From the IMG/VR virus record IMGVR_UViG_3300024999_000047: 60,759 nucleotides of DNA. One strand, 5' to 3'. Source of the stretch: an uncultured virus (IMG/VR IMGVR_UViG_3300024999_000047). Its lineage: Duplodnaviria; Heunggongvirae; Uroviricota; Caudoviricetes. The position numbers and the translations under genes are program-made. The notes under the pieces are model-generated. The model was not told the origin of the DNA, did not search any database, and saw nothing but the letters and a program-made list of their open reading frames with translations. Positions 11,200 through 20,861 of the stretch are shown one piece after another; the stretch's first letter is position 1, and every line of letters begins with the position of its first letter.

Positions 11200-12156
11200 T
11201 TATAATTTACTTGCACCAAACATACTCATAATTAACCCTACTCTTACCCACATCCCGTTTTCAACCTGTTCCCAATACTTTGCTCTTTTATCTTTATCAA
11301 CTTCAACACTAATTTCATCTCTTCTAGGAAGTGGATGAAGTATAATTGCATCATTTTTCATTTTGTTTACATTACTACTATTAATACTATATTTACTTGT
11401 ATCTATAATTTCATTTTCATTAATAACTTCGTGTTTATATTCATCTTGCAATCTCACCATATAAACTACATCCATATCAGGCAATACCTTTTCAAAATCA
11501 TCTGTGATTTCATAATCTACATTTAATTGTTCTAATATATCAGATTTAATTTGAAATTGTTTAGGTGAAACAAAATATAATTTAGTACCATTAACTTTAT
11601 TTAATAGTAATGATAACGATCTAACTGTACGTCCTCTTAATAGATCACCTACAAAAGCAACTTTCTTATTTTCTAAACCGTATTTATAGATAGTATAGAA
11701 GTCTAATAATGCTTGTGTGGGATGTTGGTCAGATCCACTTCCTGCATTGATAATTCTTGTTTTATCAGATAGATTATTAGATATTTCATAAATAAAATCT
11801 GAAGATGGATGTCTCATAATAATTAAATCAGAATATTGTGAGAAAGTTTTAATTGCATCTAATTCACTTTCACCTTTAGTTTCTGATGATGTTGATGTAT
11901 CTCTAATTTCAGATGTAGATATTCCTAATATATGACATGCGTTTTGGAAGGATAAAAATGTTCTAGTGCTTGATTGCTTGAAATAAAGCATTGCCCTTTT
12001 ATCTGATAGAATTGTTTTTAGGTATTTTAATCCATCTGAAGTTGATGCAATTGATTTTACTTTATCAGTTGTATCGCATAGATTGAGTAGATTTTCTAGT
12101 GTGTATTGATTAGAGTTAATACATCTTGTTTGATTATTTATGTTGATAGTAAACAC
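11200..12156 (-). CDS. pyrB: aspartate carbamoyltransferase catalytic subunit
   Basis: SSTRT, KGES, MRH, INAGSG..QHPTQALLD, GDL..GRTVRSL, RLQ.E, HPLPR motifs. Confidence 0.92.
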   Translation of the reverse strand: MFTININNQTRCINSNQYTLENLLNLCDTTDKVKSIASTSDGLKYLKTILSDKRAMLYFKQSSTRTFLSFQNACHILGISTSEIRDTSTSSETKGESELDAIKTFSQYSDLIIMRHPSSDFIYEISNNLSDKTRIINAGSGSDQHPTQALLDFYTIYKYGLENKKVAFVGDLLRGRTVRSLSLLLNKVNGTKLYFVSPKQFQIKSDILEQLNVDYEITDDFEKVLPDMDVVYMVRLQDEYKHEVINENEIIDTSKYSINSSNVNKMKNDAIILHPLPRRDEISVEVDKDKRAKYWEQVENGMWVRVGLIMSMFGASKL

Positions 12157-12452
12157 TCTCCTTTCTTTTATATTAAATCTATTTCTTTATCATTTTTGTT
12201 TAATACTTTTATTGGCGTTTCTGAATATGCTTGTGATATTATTTTATATTCGTTGTTTATTATTTTATTGTATATCTCTTCTTTCATCCAAATAGATAGA
12301 CAGCCATTACTACCATAATCTTCCCATTCACCACATGATATATGTACTATTTCACAATTTTTATCAGTTTTTAATTTACCTTTATTTATTATTTTCCAAT
12401 TTTCTTTTTTATAAATATGACAAATACTACCCATTTATTTCTCCTTTAAATT

Positions 12453-12892
12453 TTATATTCTTATTTCATAAGGTGAAACATAAAATACTTCTGGTTTATA
12501 ATCTGCATATGTAACAGTTTTCTTTTGATAATAAATCTTTATATCCCTATCATTTTTAGCAGTTAGCCAATAGTATTTTACGTTGTCACTATATTTAGGA
12601 TCATTAATTCTATACTCTTGTCCTTGTTTAACTTTAATATTTTCTCTAATTATTTGAGTTTTATCAAATTCAACGAACGCACCATAATTACCTATAACAA
12701 TTCTATTGTAACCATTAGAGATTAAAGTGTTTGATAAGGAATATATTTTGAAGTTTATATCACCTTCAATATTTAATTGATTAGGTATATTATCTAAATA
12801 TTTCTGTTTTACTTCTAATAATAATTTTTTATTTAGTTTTTATATTTATATCTTGTTGCTAATAATTCTTGAAATTGTAATAGATTTTCTAT
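12453..12892 (-). pseudogene. Unlisted hypothetical gene with ATA start and an apparent 1-nt frameshift in an A-run at about 12837-12841
   Basis: AGGAGG-8 nt-ATA GAA AAT, then an open frame of about 129 codons (GYNRIVIGNYGAFVEF..YYWLT..VTYADYKP) with no ATG/GTG/TTG. Confidence 0.6.
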
Positions 12893-13756
12893 AGTTTTAT
12901 CCTCCTTTATTTTTTATTTAAATATTAATTTACTCACCTTTCACATATCCTAATTTATCTGCAATTTCAGTAAATAATTCTAAAATTTTATCAATTAACT
13001 CTGGTTGTTGATAAAAGTTATCATCTACTCTTTTATCTGTATTGAGACCTAGTTTAAATTGACATTCTTTACATATAAATAGATTTTTTATTGTTGATAT
13101 ACTAGAGGTATTTACATCACTAACATATTCGTCTTTTCCTATTTTGCCTATCAATAGTTTAATTACCCTAAATTCCGATTCTTCTGATTTATTATAAATT
13201 TTCTCAGTATTACATTTGTCACAAATATGGATTACCTTTTTCATAATTTAATCTCCTTTTATCCTATATTTTTATTTTAATTTAATATTTTAATAATCTA
13301 TATACACATATTTATCCCAACTATATTGTTTATAATTTCTTAATCTAAATTCATCTGCATCTTTAAATCTCATTTTTGCATATTTACAAAATATTTTGTA
13401 TAGTTTTTGTGCTTTGATTCTATTGCCGTTTTCAAATTCGTCTTCCATCCATTGAAGTAATTCAGATAGTTTTAACATATTATTCTCCTTATATAGATTT
13501 ATTTAAATATTTAGTTTATTATATTTGACATATTTATTAATTTCAAATAATAATATTTCTAAAATATCTTCTCTGCCTTTCTTATAATTGCTATCTTGAA
13601 ATAATTCATTTTCTTTGATTAATTTATTTACTATTGATTTTACTCTATTTTTTTCTACAATTCTACCTTCTTCAAATGCTTCTTTTCCATGTCTACTTAA
13701 CATACAACTTAATTCTCCATGACTAATTTCTGCCATACTATAATCTCCTTTCCTAT

Positions 13757-13788
13757 ATCAACACCAATATTTGAATTTTGATTATGAT
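13757..13788. repeat. core-site variant with 10-bp spacer
   Basis: ATCAACACCAA tatttgaatt TTGATTATGAT; arms match those of other sites. Confidence 0.45.
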
Positions 13789-15074
13789 TTTTGCACTAGA
13801 TGTATTTGTTTTGTTCCTTTACATATCCTTCATAATCTCATAGACGTATTCTTTTAATTCTTTATCATCTTCAATTATTGCTTTAAGATATTGTTGTAAG
13901 TCTTTAATTTTATATTTTTTATCATAAAAACATTCTAATATAAATGCTATAATATATGCTTCTCCCATTTTATAGTATCCATTAATTGATTCTTGAATAT
14001 TTTTATTTAGTTTATTGATTATCTTACTTGATTGATTATGGTTACTGTTTGCTCTTACTCTATCAAGCAATTCTAATAATTCTTTTGATTTAGTTTTCAT
14101 TAATTTATTATCAGAAATATAATTCTCTAATTCTGTCCTAGTTATTGAATCTAACACACTATAAACTTTTTGTTTTCTATTGTTGTTCATTATTCATATA
14201 CCCTTTCTAAATATTTAATAATATCATATAACATACTTTTCTTACCTGCAAGAAATACAGAATGTGTATTAATAGTAGAAGTATCATAATTATCATAGTA
14301 TTTTTTAACTCATTAATTATATCTTTAAGGTGATAATATTCTCCTTCTACATAATCAATATTAGTATTTAAATTTTCATAGTTTTTTGCATTATTAGATT
14401 GTTGCATAATATATTAATCTCCTTTCTTATCTATTAATTCTGGTGGTTTTCCAAATCCTATTTGTAAGAATAACCATCCATAATGTTTAGTATATTTTTC
14501 TTTTATATATTTAGGAAACCACCATATATTTTTAAAATCAAATTCCCATATAAAAGAATATTTTTTATTATTAAACCAAGTAAAGCAAAGAAAATTAATT
14601 CCATTTTTCTTAATTAATTTTATATTTTTCATATTAATAATTACCATCTTCCATATCTTCATCTGATATTTCTCTTTTTTCAACTTCATATCCTAATAAT
14701 TTTATTAATCTAATCCATTCACTTTCAGGTATTGAGTGTCCTTGACATTCAAAATCTTCACCTAAATTAACTCTTAGTACACTCCAATCACCTGCATCAA
14801 AAGTTATCAATTCTATGAGTGGTTTTGACATAGTTTATTTACCTTTCTCCCAATATATATTTAATTTATTAAAAATATCATGTGCAAGTTCAAGATTATC
14901 TTGATAAATAGCACTTCCGTAAAATTTCATTGCTTCTCTAGCACATGAATCAGTATCTAATCTTAATACAAAATAATCTGCATTAGGATCAATAGGTGTT
15001 CCGTCTGCTTTAGAAATTATGTATTTGTTGTATAAACCTTTCATAATTACATTTCCTCCATTTTATTTTATTTA

Positions 15075-15221
15075 TTATTTACTTAATCTCTCCATATCAT
15101 AGTTATCTCTAATATAATCTATTAAATTATTAAGTGATTCTACAATATATTTATCATTTTTTAATCCAGGATGAATTTTTGCTATACAAGAATTTTTTGC
15201 ACCGTTTTGTTTATATTTACT
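15075..15221 (-). pseudogene. Start-less C-terminal remnant of a small gene abutting the TnpB stop
   Basis: Open frame SKYKQNGAKNSCIAKIHPGLKNDKYIVESLNNLIDYIRDNYDMERLSK* with no SD. Confidence 0.5.
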
Positions 15222-16201
15222 TAATATTTACTTGCTTTATGTATGTAATCAGTTATTTTATTATTTCTTTTATTAGTTAATTGTTGAAGTTTATTACTCC
15301 AATTCTTATCATATTTTAATTTTAAATGACTTTGACTATTAGATTTTTCTTTATTATAAAATTGATTCATTGATTTAAGTGGTTTTCCGTTAATTACAAA
15401 TGGTTTTAATCCAATATTATTTCCTACTGTTGCTAAATTGTCTACTCCAATATCTATTCCAATTATATTTACATTATAACTCATTTGTTCAGGAATGTCA
15501 ATCTCATAAACAATTTCCATTACATATGTATCACCTTTTGGTATAAATCTTGTTTGCATTAATTTACCAATAATATTAGTTTTAAAAGTATTATTTAATG
15601 GTTTTAATGGATGAAATGAAAAGAATAAATATCCGTCAATTATTTTTGATTGTACGTTTGTTAAAATTAATTCTTTTCTGCCTTTTTCTTTATGTTTGTA
15701 TTTAGGCAATTTTGGTCTACCTAGATATTTTTCAGGATTTTTACTCCATCCTTTAATACCTGCAAAGAATGATTTCCAATTTTTATCTAATACTTTCAAA
15801 GTTTGTTGTGAACTACTTGAACCTAAATCTATAAATGGTTCACTATATTTTGTAATATAATCTAAAAAATCATATCTACATACTCTATTATTTTTATCAA
15901 AATATTCAAGTGATTTAAATACTTTATCTAAATTTCTTCCTTTGGATTGTTTTATATCTAGATTTTTCAGTTTATTTTTATTATATTCATCCACATTATC
16001 ATTTACCCATTTTAAAAAATCTGATTGTTCTTGTGTAATTTCTTTATTATCTTTCAATAAATTTGTAATAATAAATATTTGCCTTATTATATAATTAGCA
16101 TAATTATAAATATTTTTAGATTTAAAACATAGATTATCTACTATCTTCCAATGTGGATTATTCTTTTTTATTATATGTTGTTCTACTCTATTTGCTTTCA
16201 T
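15221..16201 (-). CDS. tnpB: TnpB/Cas12f-like RNA-guided nuclease family protein, C-terminally truncated
   Basis: Firmicutes TnpB N-terminus (VEQHII..LCFKSKNIYNYANY), NWKSFF, PKLPKY, RuvC-I IIGIDIGVDNLAT, INGKPLKSMNQFYNK and bridge helix DYIHKASK. RuvC-II, zinc finger and RuvC-III are absent. Confidence 0.88.
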   Translation of the reverse strand: MKANRVEQHIIKKNNPHWKIVDNLCFKSKNIYNYANYIIRQIFIITNLLKDNKEITQEQSDFLKWVNDNVDEYNKNKLKNLDIKQSKGRNLDKVFKSLEYFDKNNRVCRYDFLDYITKYSEPFIDLGSSSSQQTLKVLDKNWKSFFAGIKGWSKNPEKYLGRPKLPKYKHKEKGRKELILTNVQSKIIDGYLFFSFHPLKPLNNTFKTNIIGKLMQTRFIPKGDTYVMEIVYEIDIPEQMSYNVNIIGIDIGVDNLATVGNNIGLKPFVINGKPLKSMNQFYNKEKSNSQSHLKLKYDKNWSNKLQQLTNKRNNKITDYIHKASKY

Positions 16202-16237
16202 TTATACTCCTTTATTAATTTAATTTCTTATGAGACT

Positions 16238-16331
16238 GTCATATTTAAATATAGTTAGTTTAAAACGGTAAAAATACATCTTACTTCATAGGAATCTTCC
16301 AGGTCATATTTAAATATAGTTAGTTTAAAAC
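16238..16331 (-). CRISPR. CRISPR-like mini-array: two identical 29-nt repeats and one 36-nt spacer
   Basis: Repeats at 16238-16266 and 16303-16331 read GTTTTAAACTAACTATATTTAAATATGAC (minus). Spacer at 16267-16302 reads CTGGAAGATTCCTATGAAGTAAGATGTATTTTTACC. Confidence 0.8.
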
Positions 16332-16446
16332 TGCATATATAAATTTTAATAAAAGTTTAACTTTTACTGGGTAAGACCCATACCATCTATCTTCTCATGA
16401 ATTTATTCAATTGAAGACTACATTTTTATCGTCAATTATATGACGA

Positions 16447-16542
16447 TAATTTATAAAATGTTCGATTTATTCAAATATTTATTTATCTATATATATATAG
16501 ATATATAGTAGTTGAATAGTTATTACGATACTATATATAGTA
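16447..16542. repeat. core site plus paired TACTATATATAGTA-type boxes
   Basis: TAATTTATAAA atgttcga TTTATTCAAAT; boxes at 16497 and 16529 (32 bp apart). Confidence 0.55.
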
Positions 16543-16555
16543 TGTTTTTAATTAA

Positions 16556-17353
16556 TTAACTAACTTTTAAATCATCTTGATATGTATTAAAATCAATTAT
16601 GAATTTTTTATCTAAAACAACACCGTCTTTTTTATAATATACTTGTTTAATAATCTTTTGTTCATTTTCCCTTTTAGGGTATGTAGATTTTCCCAATAAT
16701 ATATTTATATTCTTATCTAATGTAAAAATGTAAATATGTTGTTTTGAATATATTTTGCTTACATTATTATATATTTCATATAATAATTGATTTGTAGTTT
16801 TTGGTGTATTCTTACCTTCTTTATACTTATGCCATATTTGCACAGCATGTAATACATTTCCATCTAATTCAAAAAAACTATCACTAACTCTATATCCATA
16901 ATATCCCCAATTAGTTGCTTGATATATTGTACCAACATTTCCTTCTTTACCATCGCTAAAAGATAATAGCCATTTTATATGTGGTTTAAATTTTTTTATG
17001 TATTTTATAGATAATCCAATTGCTTGACTTTCACAAAATTTAGGTGCTTCATCTAGCATTGCCATTCTATTTAATTCATACATTTCATTTTTATTACTAT
17101 CTTCTACTAATTTCTGTGGTGTTTTACTAGCATTCATAGGAGTTCCATACTGCAATGCACCAATTAATTCATTATTTGTTTTATCAAAAACTCCTAAATG
17201 TAATTTACTATTTGGAACAACTTTACCACTATAATGATATTTTTTAATTAATTCTTTAGCAATTTTTGCATCTATTTCAGTCATATAATAATTTTTATTT
17301 TCTGTCTTATTTATACTTGACTGCTCTCTCTTTATTATATGTAAATTTTCTAT
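16556..17353 (-). CDS. Mom-like adenine-modification enzyme, GNAT fold (ATA start)
   Basis: IKKYHYS, ELNRM, LLSFSD..GNVGTIYQATNWGYYG. In-frame ATA lies 8 nt after AGGAGG. Confidence 0.85.
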   Translation of the reverse strand: MENLHIIKREQSSINKTENKNYYMTEIDAKIAKELIKKYHYSGKVVPNSKLHLGVFDKTNNELIGALQYGTPMNASKTPQKLVEDSNKNEMYELNRMAMLDEAPKFCESQAIGLSIKYIKKFKPHIKWLLSFSDGKEGNVGTIYQATNWGYYGYRVSDSFFELDGNVLHAVQIWHKYKEGKNTPKTTNQLLYEIYNNVSKIYSKQHIYIFTLDKNINILLGKSTYPKRENEQKIIKQVYYKKDGVVLDKKFIIDFNTYQDDLKVS

Positions 17354-17400
17354 ATTTATTTCCTCCTAACAATTATATTTATATTTTGTTAAAATTTTAA

Positions 17401-17475
17401 AACATGACAAAACGTGGATTTGGTTATGATTTTTGAAAAATTAACACCCTCTAAACCCTTATAAATCAAGGGTTT
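17401..17475. repeat. dif/cer-like core site plus 23-bp accessory palindrome
   Basis: AACATGACAAA acgtggat TTGGTTATGAT, then AAACCCTTataaatcAAGGGTTT at 17453; linker nearly identical to 58415-58448. Confidence 0.7.
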
Positions 17476-17531
17476 AGAAAAATGGTAAATTGTGTAAATT
17501 TATAAATTTTGCTAATTATAAAATAATTTAA

Positions 17532-17568
17532 TTAGATATAATTGGATATTGTTAGATATTGTTAGATA
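17532..17568. repeat. four TTAGAT-like direct repeats at 10-bp period
   Basis: TTAGAT 17532, TTGGAT 17542, TTAGAT 17552, TTAGAT 17562. Confidence 0.6.
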
Positions 17569-17576
17569 ATTTATAT

Positions 17577-18131
17577 TTAACTTCTCCATGCAATACCTTG
17601 TTTTTGATATTCTAGCATGTTTTTAATTTGATTTGCAATTATTTCTGTACTTGCTTGTTCACCTTTAATATCTGTATACTTAATTCCATAATCATCTAAC
17701 ATTTTTCTCAATTTAATATCATCTTGTTTTGCTTCTTCTGCCGTCTGGAATCTTCCCACACTATTAAAAGGTTTAACTCTTTCAAGAAAATAGTTAAAAT
17801 TGTTAAATTTATTAAATTCAACTATTACATGTTGATTAAATGTTTCGTCAACTGGTTTATTGTAAAATGCAGATAATATAATTGGTGAATCTGTAACTAC
17901 TACATCTAATTTATTACAATCTACTAGTCGTTTTATATTATATTTTTGTTTTCCGAATATGTAATCTTGGTCTTTAAAAATAGCAGTTCTTTCTTCAAAT
18001 AATTGGTGTTTGACGTACTCCATAACGTATTCCACATTCACACCTAACCATTTTAATTCTGAAAATACACCACTTGCTAAACTACTTTTCCCTACTCCAC
18101 TTCCAGCAAAAAAGTTTACCACAATTGTCAT
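17577..18131 (-). CDS. P-loop ATPase/kinase, NadR-like AAA_28 family
   Basis: NFFAGSGVGKSS, EYVK, VTDSP, GRFQT motifs. Confidence 0.75.
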   Translation of the reverse strand: MTIVVNFFAGSGVGKSSLASGVFSELKWLGVNVEYVMEYVKHQLFEERTAIFKDQDYIFGKQKYNIKRLVDCNKLDVVVTDSPIILSAFYNKPVDETFNQHVIVEFNKFNNFNYFLERVKPFNSVGRFQTAEEAKQDDIKLRKMLDDYGIKYTDIKGEQASTEIIANQIKNMLEYQKQGIAWRS

Positions 18132-18553
18132 ATCAATTTACTCCCCTTATTTATTATTTTTATATTCATCTAACCAATTATAAATCCATTCTTTTAAATT
18201 CCTATGTCTATTTTCATTTGTAATACTAAATTTAAATTCTTCAGAATATGTTCTAATTGTTACGCAAAATATTCTTCCTGTTCTATTATCAAAACTACAA
18301 TCTACATATTTTATACGTTGATCTGATTTAAAAGGATTATAATTTTTATAAATATATTTTAATAATTCATTATAATCTCTTGGAGTCATATATTCACCAA
18401 ATGGCATTTCAATAATTTTATAATGTTCATCATTACTACATTTAGGACAACATTTATAATAAAATGATGAATCTTCATATCCACATATGTTACATATAAA
18501 TACATCTATTAATTCTTTAGACACTGTATTAATTTTCCTCCTTTCCGTTTATA

Positions 18554-19414
18554 TTAATAATTCGTAATCAAAACTTCCATTGTCGTACTATCATTCTTAT
18601 CTACTCTCTGATAATTTGCATTGCCATATTTAACATCTAAATTATGTACATTATATTTCTTATCCTTAACCCATTCTTTCAATATATCATTTGATTCACC
18701 TTTACTCTCTAATACATTTGATAATGCAAATCTAACACCATTATCATTTAGTTTATCAAGTAAATTTAATAAATCTTTTTCATCTTTTTCTTTCCATCCG
18801 CCTTTTTCATTATATGTAGCACATGTGATTAAATAAGGCGGATCAATATAGCAAAAATCTGAATCGGTTAAATAACTAATGTCTACTTCTCTAAAATCTA
18901 AATTTGTGAATTCCATATTTATATCTTGCAAATAATTTACAAACTTAATCAAATTATCTTTCATAGTAGAATTAAATGTTCGCTTACCAAATGGTAAATT
19001 AAATTCTCTTTTTGAATTGAATCTAATTTGATTACTAAATGAATGACATATTAATGTGTAGAAATATTCCCATTCTTTATTTACGTGATTATAATATTCT
19101 CTTAATTTAAGATAGTTTTCTTGATTATCTTTTGATAGATTAAATTTTTTTATTATTGATTCTATTTGATAAATAATATGTTCAGTACCTAATAAATAAA
19201 AATTATCATATAGATTGATCACTTCTTCAATGGTATCATTGCATATAATTTTATTTGCTTTAACGTTAACTGCAACATTACATCCACCACAAAACAAATC
19301 AATGAATGTATCTATATTGTCAGGGAATAGTGGTAGAATTTGAGGAAGTAATTTATATTTACCTCCGACATAGTTTAAAGGCGATTTTATTAAGTTTTGT
19401 TTTGTGAATTCTAT
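18554..19414 (-). CDS. dam: Dam-type (D12) DNA adenine methyltransferase (ATA start)
   Basis: In-frame extension KSPLNYVGGKYKLL..DLFCGG; FCYIDPPY; ALSN; EVLITNY. AGGAGG lies 9 nt before ATA at 19414. Confidence 0.9.
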   Translation of the reverse strand: MEFTKQNLIKSPLNYVGGKYKLLPQILPLFPDNIDTFIDLFCGGCNVAVNVKANKIICNDTIEEVINLYDNFYLLGTEHIIYQIESIIKKFNLSKDNQENYLKLREYYNHVNKEWEYFYTLICHSFSNQIRFNSKREFNLPFGKRTFNSTMKDNLIKFVNYLQDINMEFTNLDFREVDISYLTDSDFCYIDPPYLITCATYNEKGGWKEKDEKDLLNLLDKLNDNGVRFALSNVLESKGESNDILKEWVKDKKYNVHNLDVKYGNANYQRVDKNDSTTMEVLITNY

Positions 19415-19447
19415 CTTAGGTGTCCTCCTTTATTTATATTTTTTAAT

Positions 19448-19477
19448 ATTTGAATAAATCTTAAAATTGGTTACGAT
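19448..19477. repeat. dif/cer-like core site
   Basis: ATTTGAATAAA tcttaaaa TTGGTTACGAT; the stop codon of gene 19471..19887 lies within the right arm. Confidence 0.6.
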
Positions 19478-20069
19478 ATTATTTTTATAACTTCATTATA
19501 CATATCTGTACCTTTACAAATGTCATCACCAGTAAAACTACCACTTTTCTTTTGATTACATAAACTTTTATAATCATACATAGTTTCTTTTATGTTTGCT
19601 AATCCTTCCATTAATACAATTATAGGCAATATAATTGTATTAAATAATATTCCTTTCCAATTACAGAATTTATGTAGCAATATACAATTATCATTATAAT
19701 AATATTCATATTTATGATAAAATTTAATTTTACGTTGTTCAAATAATTTATTATGTTGCTTTTTAGTTAAATAAAATTGTTTATATCCTTGGTCTAATGG
19801 ATTTTTATAGATGTAGTTATTGCTATTCTTACTCAATATAACTACTCCTTTCTTCACTATCAACAATATCAATATCATCAATATCAATATTATTATATAA
19901 TTTAATTTTATTTTGTTGGATATTTATTGACAGCGATGTTTTTAAATTTCTAAGTTTTCTTTTATAATTTCTTACTATTGATTTGTCAGATTGGTTTATT
20001 AATTCTTCTTCTAAGATATTAATTTGTGTTTCTAATTGATTGATTGTATTAGTCAAATCCATATAATTA

Positions 20070-20822
20070 TTATTCCTTTCTATTCTTTAATTCTTTTAAT
20101 AATATTTTTAATTCTAATTTAATTTGCAATTCATAAATCTCAAAATCATCTATATCCATAATTTCTATTTCACCATTTCTTTCTACAAATAATTTACATT
20201 CGTAGCATTGAGATTGTGTTTGAGTATCGTCTACTCCAAATGGACATCTTGATTTAAGTACAATATAATTTTTATTTTCATTTTCGTAAATTACTTTTTT
20301 AACTTTATCACATATAGGAAATCTTTCATCATATGCTTTAATTTCATCTGGAGAAAAACAACCATATAATTTACACTTATCATGCGGTAAGATATCTAGG
20401 ACGTAATCAATCCAATCTTGACCACTCATAAGATCTGCATTTGCACCATTTCCGAATCTTGCATAAAATAATTCTCTACCTTCGATTGGCATTTGATTAA
20501 CAAAATCTAATATTTCTTTTTCATATTTATAACGTAATTGCATCATATTATTTTCTGAATATGTTTTAATAATTTCTAGTTTCCACCATTCAGGATTTGT
20601 AAGTTTGAAGCAATTATTGCAAAGTTGCAATATAGTAGAAAAGTTGGTAAATTTAGAATTATGATTAAGTGCAGGAATAAGTATTTCATATATTTGTAAG
20701 GATAATTGCAAACAATTAAAACAAGTGTTTTCTGAATTTTCTATTGCCATGTGGTGAAGATTGGTTGGATTGTTTGTTTCGATTATTTCTGTTAGTTTAA
20801 TTTGTTCAATAGATTGTAACAT
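20070..20822 (-). CDS. hypothetical Cys-rich protein
   Basis: 250-aa ORF with several CxxC motifs. Confidence 0.65.
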   Translation of the reverse strand: MLQSIEQIKLTEIIETNNPTNLHHMAIENSENTCFNCLQLSLQIYEILIPALNHNSKFTNFSTILQLCNNCFKLTNPEWWKLEIIKTYSENNMMQLRYKYEKEILDFVNQMPIEGRELFYARFGNGANADLMSGQDWIDYVLDILPHDKCKLYGCFSPDEIKAYDERFPICDKVKKVIYENENKNYIVLKSRCPFGVDDTQTQSQCYECKLFVERNGEIEIMDIDDFEIYELQIKLELKILLKELKNRKE

Positions 20823-20861
20823 AAATTTCTCCTTAGTATTTATATTATTAATTATCTTTTT

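Noticed and set aside
15221..16450. Complete IS200/IS605 or IS607 element, or a full CRISPR-Cas locus
   Set aside because: No tnpA/serine recombinase, no cas1/cas2/cas6, no third repeat one spacer length away, and no recognisable right end.
16484..16510. TA microsatellite as an independent repeat
   Set aside because: Better explained as part of the paired TACTATATATAGTA boxes.
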